Assembly (NCBI GenBank): GCA_030704615.1
Contig: CM060731.1
Span: forward strand, 86,738,001 to 86,802,000
Source of the DNA: Takakia lepidozioides
Taxonomy: Eukaryota; Plantae; Bryophyta
Length of the DNA: 64,000 bases
Direction of reading: 5' to 3'
Below are positions 39,839 through 53,239 of the stretch, piece after piece (the stretch's first letter is position 1; every line of letters starts with the position of its first letter). The notes under the pieces were generated by a model. The model was given only the letters and a program-made list of their open reading frames with translations. It was not told the origin of the DNA and did no database searches. The position numbers and the translations under genes are program-made.

Positions 39839-40659
39839 TGTCGCGGCCCGTTGCCTTGAGGGCAGGGGGGTCGGGACACAAGAGGGGCTGCCCCTGTGGT
39901 GGGGGCAGTAGCAGCGATAGGTACGGGGGCTGAATGTCGCGGCCCTTTGCCTTGAGGGCAGGGGGGTCGGGACACAAGAGGGGCTGCCCCGGTGGTGGGG
40001 GCAGTAGCAGCGATAGGTACGGGGGCTGAAGCACCCTTCAGTGCCCAAGGCACTCAAGGAGGCGGAGGCACTCACTAGGTGGAGCCCCGCACACGGGTTG
40101 CGGTGGGGGTGGCTCCACAAGGGGTGGTGGTAGCTTAGCGGGACTTAGTGGGGGTGGCATAGGACTCACCATGGGGTGGAGACCTCGAGGTGGGAGTCGT
40201 GGGGAGTCTTGGGACTCATCACGGTCCATTGGGGCCGCGGTGAGTGGGCCAAGACTCACCGCGACTCACCACCGGGAATCGAGGGTCTTCGTGGTGGTTC
40301 GCCATAAAATGGCATGGCTGGTTTGTGAAACCCGCGGACAGCTACAGAAGTATATATAGGGAGTAGTAACCCCGAGAACGGTGCAAGCCCGTTGGTGACC
40401 AAAAACTAGTGAGTAAGCGAGCGAGCCGGAAAGCGACCAAAGAGTGGGGAGCTGTTCCGGACTGCCAACTACCAAAGGGAATTCCTGCTGGTTCCAAAGC
40501 GGTGGAGGGTTCTTTGGGAGAACAAAGGGGGACCATTATGCCCCGGTGAGCAGCGAAGCTCCAAGTTGGCCCGGCGGCCCAGGTTGGGAGTCAGGCGCGC
40601 GCATCAAAGCGAGTAACTATGACTTGAGGGGGGAGCTTACCGAAGGGAGGTGCGCGATA
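39839..40659 (+). repeat. 5' LTR of gypsy G1 copy 2
   Basis: TGTCGCG...CGCGATA; the first 96 bp are tandemly duplicated; PBS TGGTATCAGAGC at 40662-40673. Confidence 0.85.
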
Positions 40660-40714
40660 CTTGGTATCAGAGCTTAGAGTTCAGTACGCGATCGTCCTTG
40701 GGATTGGTCTCATC

Positions 40715-42182
40715 ATGGGGTCGGGTAAGCCAAAGCAAAAGCGGAACGGCCCAAAAGATGATGATCCTGGTGAGCCCGATGGGGGCGACGTGTCACCGAG
40801 GCGGCCGTTTGAGGAAGCGATGAATGTTTCCGAAACGAGGCTGCTCAAGAGCGGGAGGAATCGAGGAGTCGGAGCCCGAGGAATCCTTGAGAGCTCCGAC
40901 AAACCAAGAGATGCCTCCCATGCCGGTAGCCTTTTGGGAAGGGTTGTTGGCGCAGTTTGGCGGGACGTTGAAAGACGTGTTGAAGGCGGCTAATGCCACT
41001 TCCACTAAGGCAAAGTTTAAGGTGAAGCCTAAGGAACCCGGCACCTTCGAGGGCGTTCGAAATCGGAAGGCACTCAACACCTGGCTCCTGGAGCTAGAGC
41101 AGTACTTCCGGGCGGCTAAGTTGCGTGACGAGGATCGGGTGGAAGTGGCTCCCACCTATTTGAGGGGCTATGCTCAACAATGGTGGCAGAAACGCCTTCA
41201 CGACCGAGGCCCAAGCCCGGAAACCTTGAACTGGAGTGGGTTCAAGGAATTGATGAAGAGACAGTTTGTGCCCCTCAACGCATCCTGGCTTGCTCGGGAC
41301 AAGATGAGGAATTTGAAGCAAACAGATGACATTCGGGGGTATGTCCAGGCTTTCAATGTGCTGTTGCTCGAAGTCGCGGACATGGCAGAAGAACCAGAAA
41401 TGGTCTTCAACTTTGTGGCGGGACTGGCCCCATGGGCCAGGCGGAAGTTGGAGGAGAAGCCACCCAAGACTTTGAACGAGAGGCAATTGAGAGGGCTGAA
41501 TGTTTCTCGGATGTCCCTAGGGGTGAGAGACAAGGCCGTACGGAGCTGAACCACAAGAAGACCGGCGGGAAGGTGACTCCTTCCGACCGGAAAAGAAGTG
41601 GGATAGGCCACGCGGCGACAATGGCACGTGGAAATCGAAGGGAGGGCCTTCACACGTCAAGGCGGCCACCCGGTGCTTCGAAAAGGAAAAGCGGGTGGAG
41701 CGGCTTATGGCGGACAGAAGGCAACCTTTGATGGAGTGTGTTTCAATTGCGGGGAGCCCGGGCACATGGCCAAGAAGTGCACAAAACCTCGGACAATTGA
41801 ACATGACTCGGGCAACCACGGAGCTGTCGGAAGATACCATCAGTCGCTGTGGTGGAAGCGGTGGTCGCCAGACTTGCAAGGTAGGCAAATATTCTTGTGA
41901 GTTGTATCAGGAAACTGGCGCCCTGCGTAAAGGGAGTCAGTTATTGTTCGTGGATGGGATAATATCCGGAACTAACGTGTCGTTGTTGGTGGACACAAGA
42001 GCGTCGCACTCCTTCATGACGCGCGTGGCGGCAGCGCGAAAGTTGGGGGGACTCCCGACAAGTGACGGGGGGGCCTCTATTGAGGTGCGCTCTGCCAAAG
42101 GAGAACCTCAGTTGGCGACAAGGTTGGCGTTTGATGTTCTCCAACTGGGGAGTTGGGAGGGACGTGAGAAACTTCACCATCT
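40715..42182 (+). pseudogene. Gypsy G1 copy 2 gag-protease, running into the gap
   Basis: Same as 622-2000 with many 1-bp indels (probably low-quality contig end). Confidence 0.85.
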
Positions 42183-42682
42183 NNNNNNNNNNNNNNNNNN
42201 NNNNNNNNNNNNNNNNNNNNNNNNNNNNNNNNNNNNNNNNNNNNNNNNNNNNNNNNNNNNNNNNNNNNNNNNNNNNNNNNNNNNNNNNNNNNNNNNNNNN
42301 NNNNNNNNNNNNNNNNNNNNNNNNNNNNNNNNNNNNNNNNNNNNNNNNNNNNNNNNNNNNNNNNNNNNNNNNNNNNNNNNNNNNNNNNNNNNNNNNNNNN
42401 NNNNNNNNNNNNNNNNNNNNNNNNNNNNNNNNNNNNNNNNNNNNNNNNNNNNNNNNNNNNNNNNNNNNNNNNNNNNNNNNNNNNNNNNNNNNNNNNNNNN
42501 NNNNNNNNNNNNNNNNNNNNNNNNNNNNNNNNNNNNNNNNNNNNNNNNNNNNNNNNNNNNNNNNNNNNNNNNNNNNNNNNNNNNNNNNNNNNNNNNNNNN
42601 NNNNNNNNNNNNNNNNNNNNNNNNNNNNNNNNNNNNNNNNNNNNNNNNNNNNNNNNNNNNNNNNNNNNNNNNNNNNNNNNNN
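42183..42682. other. Assembly gap (500 N)
   Basis: Run of N. Confidence 1.
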
Positions 42683-45662
42683 AGATTACAAATGGTACTA
42701 CCGCACAAGTATCCTATCATATGTCCGGCCCACTCATGCTCAAATAATCCTTAATTCTGGATACTTAATGCACAAGAAAGGAAGGAAATGGGAGTGTTTT
42801 GAGCCAGAAACACTGCAATGGAAGAGCAAGGCTCTTCACACAGTGAGGGTGGACTAGCAGCACAACCCGAGACTAAGAGGCAGAGAGGGGAAAGACTGTA
42901 GTGGCGGATCCCTGCTTCACGGATTCCGCAGATAATGTTTCCCAGCTCATGGCCAGGAAGGGCACAGCAGCACAAACAATGCTATTACTGGAAGCAGGAC
43001 CTTCAGAGAGGAGGAGAAGTTACTTCTGCATCACAACCATCACAGCCACTTGAACGACTTGTCACAAGTTCACAGTTATCCCTTGATTTGGAAAGTGAAG
43101 GGATAGATATCCAACTACAGAACAGATAGTGGCAGAAATAGAGAAAGGGACCTTCTCTATGAATATTCTGGTCTGGTCAAGGAGACAGAATCCCAGAGGT
43201 GCAACAGTTGCCCAAGGGAAATCCTGAGGTGCATATAATACCACACCTGTGTCGGAGGTACCACAGGCGGAAGGTCATGACACTGTAGCACCGGTGATAG
43301 ATGAAGTAGTTCAGGAAGAAATCCGGTGGGACAATGGCCTGAATGGTTAGTGAGACATCATACTGTTGAAGATCAGGAGGAACAGCAGCAACCTCACCAT
43401 GATGACCCTCAACAGGCAATGCTGATGAGTTCCATAGGCAGGACACTTAATTTGTTGGGGACTTATGTCAAATCCCATGTTCCAATTACCAATTGACAGC
43501 CTTGAAAGAGGAACTCAGGAAGGAGTTTGAGGCTCGACTTGCCACTGAGTGTGCAAACAAGGTCGATGAAGAGGTCACTCTCAAGATGAAGCAGACTTGG
43601 GCAATACAGAAATGGCTTTGCAATTGGCCAAGCAACAATTGATTGAGGCAGGCCTCGCGCAAGACCAGTTGCACGAAGCACATAAGCAACAGCTATACCA
43701 AATGCAGGTGCAGCATGAAAGCAAGTTGCAAGAACTGAATGCACTACATACGGAGTTGCAGACAGTGCATAACAGGATGGCGATACAATGTGCTACATTT
43801 ACAACTATGCTTGACCAATCAACAAAAGAAATAAACAGTCAAGCGGAAAAATGTACGAAGGCAGAAGAAGAGAATGTTGAGCAAATGAAGCTCATTGTCG
43901 ATATGAAGAATACAATCTGTCGCAATGAAGATACTTTCAAGCAATACAGGCAGATGGAAGCTGATCAAGAGAAACACATCGTGGAGTTGCAACAAACCAT
44001 CATGGCCAATAGAAATGAAATCGCGGTCAGTAACAAGGCTTGGAAGGAAGCCAATAATCTACTTGCTGCCTATGCGCAATTGGTTGAGCCACAGGCGAAG
44101 CGCATGGAGGCTTTACAACAGCAGTTGGAATTGTACAAGCTAAGAGAGGAGCAAACTCTCAGGGGAACCACAAGCAGCTTGGTGGATAACAGCCTTATGC
44201 AGGTCTGGTTAGCACAAGGGCCAGTAGAGGGCAAAAGCCCACGGAAGCTCACCCAAAGCGAGATGAATGAGCTCAGCTGCAGGTGCAGAACATTGCCACA
44301 ACTACTATAGACAATGTCTATAGTAGGATAGCAGAGTTACAAGAGGATGTAGACGGACTCCAGACTCAAGTGGAAGACCTCACTTCAAACATCGACCAAA
44401 GAGTCTATATCCCTCAGGAACAGCTAATGGCTTCTTATTTACAAGCCAGAACTTTGGCTTTTCAGTCTTCACAGGAGGTGCAGGAGATGTCAATGATACA
44501 GGAGCCAGTACCACCACCACCACAACAGGTCAGTGTACCAGTAGCTGAACCTGTGGTTACTACAACCACACCACAGCCACCACAGCCGGAGGTATGGGGC
44601 AATGCCGCTTTTAACCCACCTAAAACTCCAGCTGCAAGGGAGTACAGCAGGGTTATGCTTATGCCCTTCAACCAAATTCCCATCATGTTGGATTTGGCTT
44701 GGAAAGAATTTAGTCCTCCGCAGTCATTCGCACATTACTACCAAATCATGCGTATTTGGCTGCCAGTGGCAACTAGGACTAAAGTTCTTCCAAACAATCG
44801 ACATATTGAAGATCATCACTTTGCACAATACTGGCACGAGGCAGGTACCATGTTGAGGGAATTGGTTGCTTTCCAGGTTGTACATGGACTCATTTATACC
44901 AAGACCAAGGAGATAGCAAGTATTGTCATGGGGTGCGGGCTATACTACGCTGCTTGTTTTCTGGTACGTTACCACATTGAGCAACAAAAGATGCAAACAC
45001 GCTTTCAAAGTTATTCCAGTGGAGATCATTGGGTATTACCTTCGGTGTCACCTCATATGTACCTATATGACCCAAAAGTTATGATGCAAAAGGATTCTCA
45101 AATTCGTTCATGGTTTCAAGCAGCCTGCAACAATTTGTCAACACAGAAATTCGGACTTGATGACATTTTCTATAAGGGACATGTGGCATGGAAGTACTTG
45201 CACGCTGCACCAGTAATTGGTACCCCACTCACTTGGACAGACAAGGAGCTCAGTGTCTACACCAATTTTGCTGTTCAGCGGTTACACCAAGTTGTAAAAT
45301 GCAAACTTCCAGACATGGTAGGACAGCATTGTATGCCCCAGATGATTCCACAAAAGGTTCGAAAATTAAAACATCTGAGAGGTGATGAGGATTCTGATAC
45401 AACTGTTTCTTCACAGAATTCTTTTGACATGGGAGAAGACTATGCAATTCAGATGGCAGAAAAGAAGCGACGGGGGTCTCCTATGCCGAAAGGTTACCTC
45501 GATATCAGCCTCCAGAGGGCCTCACTTATCCAGGTAGTGATCAACCATCTCCGTCAACCAGAGACAGACCTCGGGCTCGTACACACAGTCCGCCACGAAA
45601 CTCTCAACGTCAACAAGGTGCTCACTCACAAAGGTTTGCTACTCGGAAACAGTAAACCGTGA
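42683..45662 (+). pseudogene. Extra 3' ORF of gypsy G3 (coiled-coil plus unknown domain), frameshifted
   Basis: ORFs 43597-44310 and 44283-45662 lie directly upstream of a PPT; homologous to the G2 fragments. Confidence 0.6.
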
Positions 45663-45675
45663 GAACACGGCTTTT

Positions 45676-46590
45676 TGAGGGGGAAGGGGTAATGTTAGAG
45701 GACTGTAGGGGACTTAGACACTTATACGGGATCTGTAGGGTACCCTTAATTTTTGCACAGACTGAGACCAACAGGAGCCTTAGGGGTGACAACAGCGCAC
45801 TGTAGAGGGGGGTTACACAGTCGTCACAGCCCGTCACAGTCGTCACAGCAGACACAGCCAACACAGCCCGTCACAGTCGTCACAGCCGACACAGCCAACA
45901 CAACCCGTCACGTCGTCACAGCCAACACAGCCAACACAGCCCGTCACAGTCGTCACAGCCGACACAGCCAACACAGCCCGTCACAGTCGTCACAGCCCAC
46001 ATAGCCAACACAGCCCGTCACAGTCGTCACAGTTTCGCACAGCCAGTCACAGCCCGTCACAGTTTCACACAGCCAGTCACAGCTTGACACAGCGGTCACA
46101 TCATAGGGAACGAAGAGTAGGACAGGGAACGACTGTGGGGAACAACACCTGCGAAGGGAACATATTAGTTCACAGACAACGGTTAGCGAGGGAAACGGTT
46201 AGAACCGCGGAGAGGAAGATAAAGGGAGAAACGGGGAGATGAGGATCATTATTCAGAGGAGGACTTCTTAGTCAGGCTGGAGCGGAGATCGGAAGCAAAA
46301 GATGGAGAGCACGGTGAAGGAGGAAAGAGGATTAGTAGATGCTTGTTATATGCAAAGCTGTAGTGATATTGTAGAGCAGATTAGAGACAAAATGGCTTCG
46401 GCCTGATACCTGATAAATCATAATCTGATACTTATACGATACAATCACACTGTGTAGAGAGATCTGAGTGAAGCTGTGGATTGAAGGAAACCGATAGATT
46501 GATGAAGCAAACTGATACTTAATTATCAATGGTAAGGTAGCTAAGATGAATGCGGAAAGGGAAACAAATAGGAAACACCCCCATGATACA
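45676..46590 (+). repeat. PPT and 3' LTR of G3, with an internal CACAGC/GTCACA simple repeat (about 45815-46100)
   Basis: TTTTTGAGGGGGAAGGGGTAA|TGTTAG at 45693; probable end ...GATACA at 46590 (end uncertain). Confidence 0.6.
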
Positions 46591-46657
46591 CTAGCTGTAG
46601 GTCATGACTGATTGTTCTGCGCGGGCTGAGTACTTAGAGATTTCCAACTCTTCTATC

Positions 46658-49600
46658 TTAGAGTTTCCGCCTCGGATAGCGAAGGGATGGGTGAGTAAAG
46701 GCCGCGCGACACCCACCTTCTTCCTCATCCCCCTCATCCCCCTCATCCTCCGAGCTCTGTGATGCATCAGTTCCACTATGCCTCTCAAAAATCCCGTCCT
46801 CTCCTTGGGGGACTGTCCACCTCACCTCCTGGGAATCTTCTGCCTCTTCTCCCCCACTTTCCTCAGCAGAATCCAACACAAATCTACGAGCCCGACGGGC
46901 TCTAATAGCTGCTGCCTCCTCCCTCATCTTCATTTTCTTGAGGCTTGCCTCGTCTAAAATCTGCTGTACACGACTACGTTCGGAACACCTCCTAATGGAC
47001 ACCGAAGCAAGCCGGGCAGCATAAGTAGGAAGGATGTACTCCCTTTCTGGACTAGGCATGAAATCCCCCCTGGCAAAAAAAGGCACGTTCCTCCTGCCCA
47101 TGAACTCCGGTGTAGACGTCCCTCCGGCAGTACTTGGCATCCTACAGTAAGAACAAATCCACTTCAAGAATGTCAATACCAGCACAACCAGAAAGGGTTT
47201 TCAATGAAATAAGAGAGCGGAGGGAGGTGCCTCACAAAATCTGGAGGCAACTTACAATGCCACCACTCACTCGTAAACCGGGGGCTCCTCGGCCTCGATC
47301 CCAACTTCCTCCCCCTGCTCCTTCTCGGATTTTTCCTCATCCTCCGAGGATGCCTCTTCCTCTTTCGGCAGACGTTCAGCCGCTGCAAGTTCCGAGTTGT
47401 GGAGGGCAGTATCTGGCTCGAAGGCGAACACATGCCTGTCGGACAACGTCCCTGCCCACATTGAAGCACCTGAGGAACAAAGCGGGCGGTTAATAGCTTG
47501 CGGCATGCAATTGCAATGGGGCCAGGGGACAAACTGAGCACGTGAAGGCTTACCCGTGCCGCATGTGAAGTCCAGAATCCGCCCTTGGACATCCGAGCAC
47601 GTCTCCATGAGGGTTTGGATGAAAGCAGGGCTCCGGGTCCGGCTGTACCGCCACGGTTTGCCTGTCTTTGTGTCCTTCGGCATACTAGAGTGGGGCACAT
47701 AGTTGTAGAGGACATCGTAGGTTACAGGGTCCACAGCGGCATCAACAAGACGACCATCGTTGCGGAATTTGAACGTAGACCCTCTCTTCACAAAGCAATA
47801 TGCCTCAAACACCAATGTCTGCACATCCAACAAAGAAGGGATCAATTCCAGGGTCTACTTAACATACACCACAATATGAAGTGAATGCAATAGATTGATA
47901 ACTTACACTTTGGCCCTCTGTTCGCAACCCCTGCGTACTGATGCAGAACCATTTTCTGAGGAGGACCGGGGTGACACTTTTCGGTGTCCACCTTGCCACC
48001 GCGTTCTCTGTGGTCTTCCCTCTCGTGGCAAGGACAACCACACATCCACCGTCATCCAGAAGCATCCCCGCCAGCCCAAACCCGGCTTTCCAGTAGTCCT
48101 CAGTAAACCTGTTCCAGGTGGGCACACCATCCAGGCCCTCCAGCAGCTCCCCATCTGGAATGTCGAGGAGAATCATGTCGCAAGCTCTCTCCACCTCAAC
48201 CCCCCCCCCCCCCCCCCGAGTGCTCTTGCAATTCGTGCTCATAGCCGTGAAGAATTCCATCATGGCTTCAAAACCAGGGGTGTCTTTAGGCTCTGTACCG
48301 CCAGCCCTCTTCTTGGCTTTCCCCTTCTGCTCCGCCAGAGACTTGTTGTGTGCCACCTTCTTCGCCCTGGCAGCGAGAGCGTCAAGGAAGCTCTCATTGA
48401 CGCATTGGATGATGGTTGGAGGTTCTAGCTTTGGCCTGTGCGTAAACGTCACCGCCGAATACCGGCGTGTAGGCTCGCCCTCAAATGCCAACTTCTTGGC
48501 AGAGCCAGTCCCACTCCGAACTGACTTGGGAACCCGGACGACCGGTGATTGGGTAGGAGCAACAGCAGTCGCAGGACCTTGAACAAAATCGGCATTGGAG
48601 TCACTCTCTTGGGTCCCCTCCTGCGCCTCCTCCGATGCCCCGATGGTTTTCTTCTTTTTGGGTGTTACTGCAGTCACCTGTTTCCTTGTCCTTTTCCTTT
48701 GACCTTCACTCTTCTCATGCAATTTCTCCTGAATTCCTGCCTGAGCAAGCTCTGCCGCTTTCCTGGAGTTCGCAAGCGCTTTTGCCTCTTTTGCACCCAA
48801 CGGAGGCAGCGGAGCCCGGTTTCGTCGGAATTCAGCATCCAGCTTCAATTGAAACTCGGATGGGTCGAGCGAGCCGGGCGGAAGGTCCACATACCAAGGG
48901 CAATCACGCAAATGTTCCAGATGCCACTCCTTCACAATATCGTCAGTGTACATGGAGTCAGCCCCAGGGTTCCTCCATGCCAGGAAGAATGGTGGCTCGA
49001 AAGACAGATGACCTTTCTCCAAAAGGGAGAACTTACAGTACCTGCATTCATGAAAAACACAATGAGGTCCGAAAATGGCTAAGTCCCTGAACGGCAATAG
49101 GGCCTACAACTGGAATATGGCGCCGAATTTCCACTTCAGGGCCACCCAGTCTACGGACTTAGCCCGAAAATGGCTAAGTCCCTGAACGGCAATACGGCCT
49201 GGAACTGGAAAATGGCGCCGAATTTCCAGTTCAGGGCCACCCAGTCTAGGGACTTAGCCCGAAAATGGCTAAGTCCCTGAACGGCAATAGGGCCTAAAAC
49301 TGGAATATGGCGCCGAATTTCCACTTCAGGGCCAGCCAGTCTAGGGACTTAGCCCGAAAATGGCTAAGTCCCTGAACGGCAATAGGGCCTGGAACTGGAA
49401 AATGGCGCCGAATTTCCAGTTCAGGGCCAGCCAGTCTAGGGACTTAGCCCGAAAATGGCTAAGTCCCTGGACGGCAATAGGGCCTAGAACTGGAAAACGG
49501 CGCCGAATTTCCAGTTCCGGGCCAGCCACACTAGGGACTTAGGCCGAAAATGACTAAGTCCCTGAACGGCAATAGGGCCTACAACTGGAAAATGGCGCCG

Positions 49601-52600
49601 AATTTCCACTTCAGGGCCAGCCAGTCTAGGGACTTAGACCGAAAATGGCTAAGTCCCTGGACGGCAATAGGGCCTGAAACTGGAAAATGGCGCCGAATTT
49701 CCAGTTCCGGGCCAGCTAGTCTAGGGACTTAGCCATTTTCGGAGCCCTGACTGGAAATTCGGCGCCATTTTCCCTAACACCACTTGAGGCCTCTAACATC
49801 CTGAAATGCCAGGACTTGAAAGAAAGGCAGCGCGTATGTACCTATACAGAAGGCGCATTGCTGCTTTGTCCGCGTTCGGCTGGTCGGTGAACTCGTGGCT
49901 CCGGCGAGCATCTGCTATCTCCCGAAAGAATAGGTTGGTTTTGTAGAGCAGAAAGTACCTCGTCACATAGTCACGTAGGCTCTCTGCTGCAGGAGATATC
50001 TCCATCTTGAACTGATGTGCTTGTGTGTCTAGCTGCTCTTGCGCATTCGTCGTCACCTGTGGAGATTGTCCATCAGATCGCTTTCCTCAAAAAATACAAT
50101 GAATCCACCCCCTACTAGAGTAGAAGCCCCAAACGAAGCGTGGGGAAGTACCTGAAACCACCATGTCATGCGGTTCATCCACATGTCGAATGTGGGGTCA
50201 GAGAGTTTGTCCGGTTTGGGGAAGCTCCACATGTCCCTGGTACTTTGGGAACCATTCCAGATTTGGAGCCACCGGGTCTGTCCAACCACCCAGCATATTC
50301 GTAAGCGCCAAACACCACAAAAAGGAGTTGTTGCCACCACAATTTTGTTAAGAATGTATCACCTTTTCTGTTGCATCCACACAGGATGTGGCTAGACGAT
50401 GGAGCTTCTCCAATGTCATCGTGGGCTTCAGAGCGCGAGAGTAGTGCTTCCCCACCTCCACCAGAAAGTCAGCACCAAGGGCGGGATCAGCTATGGCCAC
50501 GTACTTTACCATCCGCGACTTGTACTTTATGCGGGCCCTCACCTCCGCAGCTTTGAAATACGATTCGAGTTCCGGGAGGGTTGGATTCTTCTCCTCTGAC
50601 TCCATGTAGAACCTCCGCGCATGTGCCAAATCCTGCTGTATTTTCGTCTGTCAAGAATGCGCACATAAGATTAGAGATCCTGCTCAACACAATTTCTTCT
50701 ATTGGGGGAGGAGAGACAGATTAGCTCAACAAAACTGTCAGGAGCTTTACCCGAAATATGTAGTCCACCATGGCGTCGACGCTCAGCCTATACCAGGTTC
50801 TGTCTGCCTTTGCCTCCGACTTGCGCAGGAGGTCGGCACTGAGGGAATTGGCAAACTCTTGCACCCCCTGCTTCCCGACATCCTTCACTCGGAAGAGCAT
50901 ATGGGACAAGTTGGTGGCAATGAAGGCATTCTCAGTCACCCTGCAGTGCCACATTTCCATCAAACAATACTAAAATGGGAATTTTCATCATATATGAGGA
51001 TTCGCAATGAAATGACTTCCAAATTCAAAGTCCAAAAGCGAGAGGGGTTGTAGCTTACGAGTTGATGTCGGCCATTGCAGCTTTGAGAAGACTGCGATCT
51101 TTGGGCCCCGCAACCTTCAGCACAACACAATCGACGGCGAAATGCCAATCGAGATCGTTGGGGTGGGCTTGGGCAATGTGCTCCATCCATGCCAGGAGGC
51201 GATGATTGCCGTCCCACATGTAGAACATCTTACCGGACATGTGCTGGAAAAGAGGATCACTAGCAATCGATCTCTCGAACTCCTCATTTCGCGTTTGCCA
51301 ATGGGGACCCCATTTGTCCACCTCATCGGAAGTGTGGGCACAGGAAGCTCCGTGGTCATTCTCAATGGAAACGTAAAACGCGGCAGACCCCATTCGATAT
51401 CCATCCCGGAAAGAGAATTTCAGCTTGTCGATATCGCCTGGGAGGGCAGGTCTCACCACCTGCAATGACACCAAGCGGCAAAGGGGAATTCGAAGCTTGG
51501 CCGGGTACACCATGCCCCCCAGCACCCTGCCAATGTTGCTGTGGGTTGCCTCCAACATCTTGGCAGCGGCCAACTTCATATCCGCCTCAGACATGACGTC
51601 TGCTGCAGAGGGGTTTTCCGGCAGCCCACCAGGACCGCCAAATCCAGCCTGTATGCTCCGGGTTTGGGGCCTGGGGATGTCCGGGAGGATGTCATCCTGG
51701 TCAAAAACCTCCATGTCGTCCTCCTCAACAGGGTCAGCCACCTGCGAAACCACCTCCAGCACTCTCGTCGTCTCTACTGCCCTCTCCCTGGCTTCACCTC
51801 GAACTTGCACAATCCGTGCTCTTTCAGGTGTTCTTTCCTCTCCTCCACTCTCCACTGTATGGGTAATTGCAGGGGCTGCTCTTGCCCGCGATGGTCTAAC
51901 CGGTGTGTTACTGCCTCTCTGTGGTGTCTTGGAGGGATCCACCGTCTCTGTGTGTCCCTCGCTTACATTGGCATCTGTCATTTGGGCACCCCTGGCCTCT
52001 TCACCTGCTTTTTGTCTTTCCTCCTGGCTAGCATTCTGTCTCGTTTGTTCTTTTGCCCTCTCTTTTGCCCTCTCACGGGCTTTCTGTTTCTTACTAGGGC
52101 TAGCAGCAGGGGAGCCCTCCAGGACGACCACCTTTGATTGAGGCGAACTGACACCCTCGCGCGCACTGCTCACTCCCCCCTCCGCAGCCCGTGACTGCTC
52201 TCTCGCCGGGGATTGCATGTGCTTAGCTTTCTTCTTTTTCTTTGCGTGGGCGGGCCCTACTGCATGTGCATGAACAACCTCCATTGCCGGATCTGCTGTC
52301 CTCATGTCCTCACGCCCTTCACCTGCCATGCCGCCTGCACCAACCTCCTCAATGCCTACTCTGTCGTAATCTCGTTGCAAGTCCTCCCGTCCACCAACAA
52401 AAGGTTTAAGTTTGCCCTCTCGCCCCAAGTTGGGCGATTCAAACATGCGATGAGTTGGAGCTGTCGATGATACCACCAGCGTGCCGGGCTCGTCGTCACT
52501 CTGTCATTGACAAAAATCGTGAAAACCAACATCGGTGCAAAAAGCAGCATCGCAACGAGCAGCGCAACCACCATAGCAACAATCATGTAGCAAAAATGAA

Positions 52601-53036
52601 AACATAACAAGTTTAGGAAGTATGGAGAGCCATGCAACAACAATGAAAACAAATGCAACCATTGCCTAAGAATGACATGCACAAGCAGCCTTCTCCAGAG
52701 CTGCCGGATTTGCACACGCATTGCAAACAATCTAAGGTTCACTCAACTATCTAAAGTTCACTCATACAGCAAAGCCAGGATGAAGATGCAAAAACAAAGC
52801 GAGGTAACAAAGCGAAAGCAAAAAATAAATCGAACAAACCGAAAGCAGAAGTGGCTTGCCTGAGAGTACTCGGCTTCAGTTGGCGCAGGTTGTGAGCAAG
52901 ACACTGGAATCTCCTGCTGGAGCTTCAGTTTGGCCATGCGAGAGATTGGCCGTCGTCCGTAGTACAGAGCTTTCAACTTCCGCCGCGGTCTGGATGTGAG
53001 GTCTCTCTCAGGAGAGCCACGCCCTTCAGGCGGCAT
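46658..53036 (-). CDS. ParB-like / beta-class DNA amino-methyltransferase-fold fusion protein, 10 exons, about 1501 aa
   Basis: Exons 53036-52860 (GC donor), 52500-51059, 50940-50751, 50635-50363, 50277-50152, 50056-49842, 49041-47907, 47818-47554, 47469-47271, 47141-46658. They join in frame to 4506 nt. Motifs WDGNHRLLAW, CDMILLDIPDG, ILDFTCGTG, RHVFAFE. Confidence 0.85.
49070..49780. repeat. About 98-bp tandem array in intron 6 carrying GGAAAATGGCGCCGAATTTCC
   Basis: About 7 near-identical units, each also with GGACTTAGCC..GGCTAAGTCC inverted repeats. Confidence 0.9.
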
Positions 53037-53239
53037 AAGTCCCAGCCAAAAAGATCTCCTTTTTTGGGGTACATGCCTGGAATACCATGTTAAGCCAAGA
53101 TTAGCATGAGATTTAGGGTACGTGTCCAGGAAGCCATGCGTCGCCAGCCCGAATAATAACCGACGGCGGTCGACATTTATTGCCCAACTGCGCAATTAAA
53201 TGTCGGATGAAGCCCTCCATGTCGGATGAAAATCGACGT

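Noticed and set aside
41695-42754. Long ORFs spanning the N run
   Set aside because: Artefacts of the assembly gap.
46658-53036. Bacterial contamination or prophage as the source of ParB-MTase
   Set aside because: The gene has nine spliceosomal introns and lies within a TIR-bearing MULE among plant TEs.
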